64,000 nucleotides of DNA, taken from NCBI GenBank assembly GCA_046563655.1, contig CM102286.1, positions 11,346,001 to 11,410,000 of the forward strand, written 5' to 3'. Every line of letters begins with the position of its first letter. Positions within the stretch are counted from its first letter, which is position 1. The stretch is from Yuukianura sp. NJ FZ-2021. Its lineage: Eukaryota. Shown here piece after piece: positions 13,019-22,000 of the stretch. The position numbers were made by a program, and so were the translations under genes. The notes beneath the pieces are model-generated. The model searched no databases and was not told the origin of the DNA. It saw only the letters and a program-made list of their open reading frames with translations.

Positions 13019-16000
13019 TCAAAAACTCACATCCAAGTCGTCTGAACTAAACTCCTTTCCAACGGCTGAACGGACTCTACGATTTTTCGATCCAAACATT
13101 TTTCGACGCTGTAGAACGACATATCGGTTGTACTTTACATATTGCTGTGACAAAAATGGAATATAGAAAGCCCTGAAAAATGGATGCGACCTAGCAGAAC
13201 TAATGAAGTCTTGCTCCGAGATTATTTTCCATTCTTCCTTATTAGCTGCGTAATTTGGTTGATTAGGTGTAATTTGATCCTCGTCTATCGAATCCACTAG
13301 GAAGTCACACTCACTTAAGGGCACCTTGAGTCAGAATAGAAAAAAATGTACTAAAATAATACATAAATATAATAACTCTAGAGTTCTATTAATTGTTCAT
13401 TACATATCGTGTTGGTTCTTCTGTGTTAAGGTCGTTCATGTGATCTGGCAATCTCATGGTTCCTTTTGGATCAAATGCAGGATATAAATTAGGAAGTTGG
13501 CCCTTGAAGTCAGACTTGATGAAGCGAGTGTTCCATTTAGTGCTGGGTAGAAAAAAGGAAGAAGGGAAACGATACCACTCCTTTCCATAACAAAGCGTCA
13601 AATCCCTGTCGCCCACTTCAGTTTCAAATTTCTGAAGAGTTCCTTCCCGTTGTAAATTGAAAAACACATCAAAAGGTGCCCGGTACCCTGTTCAGACAAT
13701 CAAAAACTCCGATTATGAAATGAGGTTTTTATGGATCTTCCGTAATTTGTTGGGTTTTAGTTTGATAATTATGGAAAATCGCATGTTAAAGGAATTAGTA
13801 GTCTCTTCCAGCGTTAACAGACAAACATAAAGTTGTGTAACTCACCGTAATGTAATGCGACGATACGAGAACAACCAATCAAATTCGATGTGAAAATTAT
13901 GAGAAATCCAAGGCCACTGAGCCAAGTTTTCACGTCGCGAGCTTTCAACCATTTCCTGAAAGCTACCGGCGATATCGATGATGCATCCGCAACGAAATGG
14001 TATCCTCTTGTTAATATCCTCTGCATGGAATCAATTCCAATCGCCCCACATATAGGAATGAGTGGGAATATTGGGAACATAAATCGCTCTTCCTAGAATC
14101 ATAGCAATAGCAATATAATCCATGTTAACAAAAATGAAACCCACGCTTCATAAAACAACTTTTAGTATCTGAATAGTGAGTGTTCAATTTAGACAATTGT
14201 GCACAACTTTTACGTTTTACCTTATGAGGTTGAAGTATAAAAACAGTAAGCCAGACGAAGGTTGTTCCAATAATTAAGAATTTTTTCCTCAGAACGTAAT
14301 GGCTCTTCCAGCTAATCAACAGGAGTAAAGGAGAAGCGAGCGTCATAACAAACGCAATGTTAAAATTGAGAAAGCCGTTAATGATGTAGAATGTCCATGG
14401 CTCCGTTCCGTACAAATCGGGTCCCTTCGAAGACAGAACGTTGTACTTCACAATGTTCCAGGGCGCAATGACCAACTTGTTGTAGTGGGTCGAATCGATG
14501 TAAACTATTGGAATCTGAAAACAAAGGAAGGAGTAATTAACGACCCCAGCAAAACCTAAGCCATTTTGATTTAGCACTTGAACGAGGATTGAATTTGTAT
14601 TCCAATGTACAGGTTGCGATATTATCATAACATGTTTCATCTTTTCAACCAAAAAAATCAGACTGGATACGTTCCTCTCTCCATTTGTATAAAATTCCTT
14701 TGATCAAATTCAAGTTAGTTGTTGCGCGTTAATTTGTTTAATCCTATTGAATAATGGATCTTACTACAGTAGATAGCAAGTGAGGACAACGGGCCCATTT
14801 ATTTTTAGAACAGCCACGGGGGTTAGTCGGCCGCAATATTGGGGAGGGAAAAAACTCACAATGACAAAAAATGTCGTCAACAAAAAAGTCGACAACAAAA
14901 ATGTCGACAAAAAAAGATCGAAAACAAAAATGTCGACAAAAAATGTCGATAACAAAAAAGTCGACAACAAAAAACAAGTAGTGAAATTTTTGTATAGAAA
15001 ATTCTAACATTGACTCTAGCCTAGTGTCTAAGTGCTTGTAACTACTTCTCTACGGCCGCTGGTTCGAATACCAAACGGGTCAACGCTTGTGGTTAAGAAG
15101 TTACAAGTACTTAGATACAAGACTGGGGTCAATGTTATTATTTTTTTATTTATTTTTAGTTAAGGATTGAGTTCTTGGAAAAATATCTTTTCTCAAGAAA
15201 AACGTTTTTTCTTGAAAAGTTCTCAAAATAACATTTCTTTAGAAAAAAACGTTTTTGAAAAATTTCAAAATAGCATTTCAAACGTTGTCCAAGTAGTACT
15301 TAAACAGCGAGTTTTGAGACTAGCAATCATCAGTTCTGAAACCAGTCTCAATCCGCAATCATGACCATGGAGGGGTTTAGACCGTATATGGAAGTTTTAA
15401 CACCATTTAGCGACATGGAAGATGTCATCGCCATCAAGATTGCTGGACACTCAATTCTGCTAGCAGCTGAGGAGCTGCCGACCGTCGTTGAAAAGCTAGT
15501 TAAAGCATACATTGAAGCTGGGAGAATGATGAAGGATCTTCCACACTTTGAAAGAATCATGGCAAGGAACCGCAAGAATGGATTTCTGAAGTTATTCCGC
15601 GTTCTAGATCAACCACCAGCCTCGGAAATTCAAATAATGAAAGAAAAGCTTGATACACCTCTTCTTCCAATCCACTGCATTAAAAACGAGTCGGACCAAG
15701 TGTTTCTTATTCGAAGCGGTGGTCCTCTCACAGTGAACATTAGTGACATTCCTCTTCTGGTGGAGTCGCTTCTAAAGTGTGGCTGCTTTCCAACTTCTTA
15801 TCCGGAACGGAATCTAGACGAGCTTATTCATGAAACAAAACGTGAATTCCTGGAAAAGCTGCGCAAGGAAGGTCTCAACACTTGTGTCAACAAAATTAAG
15901 AAAATGATTGGAAAGCTCGCAGGAACAAAACCAGAAGACAAGAAAATGCATCCATACAAAAGCGAAAATCGTTTCAAAAGCATGTTTCGACAACGCAACT

Positions 16001-19000
16001 GCTGCTGTCCAACAATCGATGATACAATAATGCCGCGTTATAGAAAGCACATAGCGGACGTTACAAAGGACCAACAGGAGAGAATTAACAAACCAAGGAT
16101 TGTATCAGAAGGAGATTTTGGGGACAGACAACTCCAAAACCTCGAAACTTATCGATTAGCGCCATATTCTGCTAAAGTCAAGAGCATGATTATTCACCAT
16201 GGTGTACATGATCATTCCGCTTACGATATTTTCTGTTAACTGAATTTCTGTATAGTTTAGTATGACACTTTTACATTTGAATAAAATCCAGGATTTTAAA
16301 TTTTTTGTTACATTGGGAAACTATTTATTGAACTATTGTAAATTTAAACAAAACTTAAACACAAATTAATAAATCAATGTTGTATAAAACCAAATTATTG
16401 TTGTGCTCAAATTTATTTTCAATTGGGCGGAGGCTTCCACTCTTCCAGAAAAGTGTTATCCACACTAGACTCGCTCTCATTTTCATCTTCTTCTTCACCA
16501 TCACTCAAACTGGGAGTTTCTTCTTCTTCTTCGCTAGTGCTGGAATCCTCCACAATAAGGCTCGCTTCTGTTGGAAAAGGTATCCCCCAATATTTTAAAA
16601 GATGGCTACAGAGTACAAAGTATTCAAGCTGAAACGCTTGAACACCTCATGGCTACAGCGCTGGATTTATCCAGCCCAGTCCTGGGGAAGTCTTTGAGCC
16701 GTGTGAGCCAGCCCTTGGACGCCAGCCCTCGGACGCCAGCCCTCAATTCGCATGAATTTTTAACGTAATATAACAACTTCACTGCATAATACAATGGCCT
16801 CTATACATAATACAATGGCGTCTCTGCATAATACAATGGCCTCTCTGCATAATACAATGGCCTCTCTCCATAATACAATGGCCTCTCTGTATAATACAAT
16901 GGCCTTTCTGTATAATACAATGGCCTCTCTGTATAATACAATGGTCTCTCTGCATAATACAATGGCCTCTCTGCATATTACCATGGCCCAGTTGTATAAT
17001 ACAATAACCTCACTGCATAATACAACATTTTTTGTCAATTTTACATCCAACCACCACCACCACCACCACAACCCCAACGTGCCCACCCATGCAAAAGTAT
17101 AAATAGCGACGTTGGCTTGCTCATCTCTCAGTTTCATTTCAGACGTTGAGCTGTGAAGACGTGAAGATTCTGTTTACTATACATCATGGATACCAGTACA
17201 GCGTGCGATATTTGCTGCAGACAATTCTCACGAAGGGACGCATTGAGACGACACAAGTTAACTTGTCATAGTAGCGTCGCAGTATCGAAAATGCTTCAGG
17301 TATGCATGAATCAGCGGGAAAAATCTACTATGTTTCGACATGTACACTCTGGGAAAAAGTTTGACCCGCATTTGGTTGCACCGTTTACTATGTGCATCAG
17401 TGGAATGACTCAGAGCGGCAAAAGCACCCTTGTAAAGCAAATACTTCTACGACGAAACGAAATTGTCGAGACAAATATTGACAAGCCCTTGGAACGTATC
17501 ATGTATTGTTACACTGAGTTCCAGCCTACGCTGTTTGGAGAATTGAAGACCAAGATTCCAACTATACAATTTCATCGTGGACTTCCTGAAAAATGGCATG
17601 ACGGAACCGACAAGCCGTCAGTCGTCGTCCTTGACGATTTGATGCATGAAGCAGGCAAAAACGGAGAAGTTGGAGCTGCGTTCACAAGGACTTCGCATCA
17701 CCGCAACGTATCACTCATCATTCTTGTGCAAAACTTTTTTCACAGGAATATGAAAGAAATCACGTCAAACTGTCACTACATTGCTCTAATGAAGAATCCG
17801 CGAGACTCTCAATTTGTAGCTTGTCTTGGACGTCAAATGAATGGAGGAAAGAAGAATACAACCATGGAAGAAGCCTACAAGGAATGCATGTTAAAGCAAT
17901 ATGGATATCTATTCATCGATTTAACTCAACGACAAAATGATTTGTTTCGCATTAGAGATAATATATTTCCTGAAAATTGTCGAATCTATGCTAATGAATG
18001 AATGAATAAACACATTACACGATAAAAGTTCTATTTTCAAGTTTTTTATTTTGAAAATTCGGAATCTAACGAATGTACAGTCATAAAGGTGTATAATTCT
18101 ACGAAATTACGCTAGTGAGAAACTCTCCAAGTATTGGTAATGCGACAGCGAGAAGAGCTGGCAGGAACCCACCGTGCTGTATAAGTAGTTTTTTCTTGTC
18201 TTCAATCGATCCTTTAGCTTCTGCAACACGTTTAATCTTATATCGATGCGGTCTCAAGATATTTTTGACGGTGGCCTCAATAGGAATCTTGCCCTGGATT
18301 ACGTCCTGAACACATTTGTGTAACGCAAGAATTTGACCAGGAGACGCTGTGGAGAGAAGTGTCTCGCGTATAATAGGGGAGTGTTGGTTCATCTGGTGGA
18401 GAAATTGATAATGTCGTATGGGACCTGGTGATGGTTTAGCTCCTCCAGTTTGTCTATACTCTTCTTCCCCTTCTTCATCCCTTTCGTCTTCCTCGTTTTC
18501 CTCCTCTTCTTCTACTTCTTCTTCCCCTTCTTCATCCCCCTCGTCTTCCTCGTCATCTTCTTCTTCTTCATTTTCTACATCACTTTCCACGTGCGGGCGA
18601 TTTCTAGAAAGCTTTTTGGGTTCATCTCGACCGAGCAAGCCTCGGTGGCTGATCGGAAGCAGATATTTTGGAATGCCTGTCTGAATCATAAAGTCTACGA
18701 TGACAGGAATCATTTGTCTTGTCAACTTATATCTTCCATCCGCAAGTTTTCGTATTCCCTCCTCGAACTCGCTCCTGGGTATGTTGGCATCACCCAGACT
18801 AACGCTATTGTTCGCAAAGGTTGCTCCATTTGCTACAAAAAATTGTGCTAGCTGTTTTCCAACAGCTGAAAACTGGTCCAGAGTAAACGGTGGAGTTGTC
18901 GGTGCTGCTGTCGGAGTTTCATCTTTCGCTATTTGCGATTCTTTTTTAATTCTCTTGGAAAATGGCATCTCGAGCGCTTCATTCGGCTTTACCACAGTAT

Positions 19001-22000
19001 TTGACCAACCATTCGTTGGATTTTCTGACCAGGTCGTAATTCGGTCATATCTGTCTTCGGTTTTTCTGGCTGACTTTTCCGGTCCACCATCCCATCCGGT
19101 AAAGTGACTTGTAGCCATATCATTCAACCGCCTATCGTTTACAACGTTCACATTGACGTAGCCTTCCCTTTGCTTCCGTTGATTTTCCCAGTTCTGGCGT
19201 AATTCCGTTTGCATCATATGATTCTGAAGTTCGATTGGAATGTTGTTCCCAGAATCTCGCGAATTACGCTCATGAAGCTCCATTGGTCCACGGCTCTGAG
19301 ACATGTTCATTGTATGTTGCTGTAAGTATTGTACGGGTTTAGTATCAAGCAAAAAACCATCATGGATTTGCTTTTCTCCAAAATAACTTTTGCAAGGGCT
19401 GTTTTGCTGAGACTCATATGTCTCAAGCTGATCCAGGAGACTGTTGTAGTCGTCTTGGTGAACAAGAATGTATTTTTGCGCCATGACTGTTAGCCTAACC
19501 GCTCCAGATGGTAAAATCTTCACGTCTTCACAGCTCAACGTCTGAAATGAAACTGAGAGATGAGCAAGCCAACGTCGCTATTTATACTTTTGCATGGGTG
19601 GGCACGTTGGGGTTGTGGTGGTGGTGGTGGTGGTTGGATGTAAAATTGACAAAAAATGTTGTATTATGCAGTGAGGTTATTGTATTATACAACTGGGCCA
19701 TGGTAATATGCAGAGAGGCCATTGTATTATGCAGAGAGACCATTGTATTATACAGAGAGGCCATTGTATTATACAGAAAGGCCATTGTATTATACAGAGA
19801 GGCCATTGTATTATGGAGAGAGGCCATTGTATTATGCAGAGAGGCCATTGTATTATGCAGAGACGCCATTGTATTATGTATAGAGGCCATTGTATTATGC
19901 AGTGAAGTTGTTATATTACGTTAAAAATTCATGCGAATTGAGGGCTGGCGTCCGAGGGCTGGCGTCCAAGGGCTGGCTCACACGGCTCAAAGACTTCCCC
20001 AGGACTGGGCTGGATAAATCCAGCGCTGTAGCCATGAGGTGTTCAAGCGTTTCAGCTTGAATACTTTGTACTCTGTAGCCATCTTTTAAAATATTGGGGG
20101 ATACCTTTTCCAACAGAAGCGAGCCTTATTGTGGAGGATTCCAGCACTAGCGAAGAAGAAGAAGAAACTCCCAGTTTGAGTGATGGTGAAGAAGAAGATG
20201 AAAATGAGAGCGAGTCTAGTGTGGATAACACTTTTCTGGAAGAGTGGAAGCCTCCGCCCAATTGAAAATAAATTTGAGCACAACAATAATTTGGTTTTAT
20301 ACAACATTGATTTATTAATTTGTGTTTAAGTTTTGTTTAAATTTACAATAGTTCAATAAATAGTTTCCCAATGTAACAAAAAATTTAAAATCCTGGATTT
20401 TATTCAAATGTAAAAGTGTCATACTAAACTATACAGAAATTCAGTTAACAGAAAATATCGTAAGCGGAATGATCATGTACACCATGGTGAATAATCATGC
20501 TCTTGACTTTAGCAGAATATGGCGCTAATCGATAAGTTTCGAGGTTTTGGAGTTGTCTGTCCCCAAAATCTCCTTCTGATACAATCCTTGGTTTGTTAAT
20601 TCTCTCCTGTTGGTCCTTTGTAACGTCCGCTATGTGCTTTCTATAACGCGGCATTATTGTATCATCGATTGTTGGACAGCAGCAGTTGCGTTGTCGAAAC
20701 ATGCTTTTGAAACGATTTTCGCTTTTGTATGGATGCATTTTCTTGTCTTCTGGTTTTGTTCCTGCGAGCTTTCCAATCATTTTCTTAATTTTGTTGACAC
20801 AAGTGTTGAGACCTTCCTTGCGCAGCTTTTCCAGGAATTCACGTTTTGTTTCATGAATAAGCTCGTCTAGATTCCGTTCCGGATAAGAAGTTGGAAAGCA
20901 GCCACACTTTAGAAGCGACTCCACCAGAAGAGGAATGTCACTAATGTTCACTGTGAGAGGACCACCGCTTCGAATAAGAAACACTTGGTCCGACTCGTTT
21001 TTAATGCAGTGGATTGGAAGAAGAGGTGTATCAAGCTTTTCTTTCATTATTTGAATTTCCGAGGCTGGTGGTTGATCTAGAACGCGGAATAACTTCAGAA
21101 ATCCATTCTTGCGGTTCCTTGCCATGATTCTTTCAAAGTGTGGAAGATCCTTCATCATTCTCCCAGCTTCAATGTATGCTTTAACTAGCTTTTCAACGAC
21201 GGTCGGCAGCTCCTCAGCTGCTAGCAGAATTGAGTGTCCAGCAATCTTGATGGCGATGACATCTTCCATGTCGCTAAATGGTGTTAAAACTTCCATATAC
21301 GGTCTAAACCCCTCCATGGTCATGATTGCGGATTGAGACTGGTTTCAGAACTGATGATTGCTAGTCTCAAAACTCGCTGTTTAAGTACTACTTGGACAAC
21401 GTTTGAAATGCTATTTTGAAATTTTTCAAAAACGTTTTTTTCTAAAGAAATGTTATTTTGAGAACTTTTCAAGAAAAAACGTTTTTCTTGAGAAAAGATA
21501 TTTTTCCAAGAACTCAATCCTTAACTAAAAATAAATAAAAAAATAATAACATTGACCCCAGTCTTGTATCTAAGTACTTGTAACTTCTTAACCACAAGCG
21601 TTGACCCGTTTGGTATTCGAACCAGCGGCCGTAGAGAAGTAGTTACAAGCACTTAGACACTAGGCTAGAGTCAATGTTAGAATTTTCTATACAAAAATTT
21701 CACTACTTGTTTTTTGTTGTCGACTTTTTTGTTATCGACATTTTTTGTCGACATTTTTGTTTTCGATCTTTTTTTGTCGACATTTTTGTTGTCGACTTTT
21801 TTGTTGACGACATTTTTTGTCATTGTGAGTTTTTTCCCTCCCCAATATTGCGGCCGACTAACCCCCGTGGCTGTTCTAAAAATAAATGGGCCCGTTGTCC
21901 TCACTTGCTATCTACTACTACCCACCTGACAAAGCATTTTGTTCGCGAGATTCGAACAGTTTTGCTTCAAAGAAGCAATGAAACAAATTGTCATTATTAA

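Larger units (their letters stand above)
14768..17169 (+). repeat. Left terminal inverted repeat (2402 bp)
   Basis: Reverse complement of 19515-21916; ORF translations lying wholly within the arms are identical; match stops after GTGAAGATT at 17169. Confidence 0.95.
14768..21916. mobile_element. Non-autonomous Polinton/Maverick-derived element, 7149 bp, with 2402-bp TIRs
   Basis: Termini AGTAGATAGCAAGTGA / TCACTTGCTATCTACT; flanking ACTAC direct repeat at 14763-14767 and 21917-21921; ORFs mirrored about coordinate sum 36684; Polinton-type ATPase and GGFLPAL protein in the centre. Confidence 0.9.

Noticed and set aside
15010..15083. Functional tRNA gene
   Set aside because: No proper anticodon stem-loop and imperfect D and T stems; reported as a tRNA-like RNA instead.
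16782..17026. CRISPR-like array
   Set aside because: The repeats are head-to-tail with no unique spacers, there are no cas genes, and the context is eukaryotic.
16760..17137. 7-aa repeat ORFs (MASLHNT, EAIVLCR, RGHCIMQ) and their mirrors at 19508-19924
   Set aside because: They are by-products of a 21-bp minisatellite that is open in several frames on both strands; nothing independently supports coding.
18418..19107. Plus-strand Ser- or Phe-rich ORFs
   Set aside because: Antisense shadows of the acidic tract and body of the 461-aa minus-strand ORF.
14768..21916. Giant inverted repeat as an assembly artefact or host gene duplication
   Set aside because: Defined Polinton-type termini, a target-site duplication, a unique 2.3-kb centre and ALG9 exons continuing across it all favour a real insertion; long reads would settle it.
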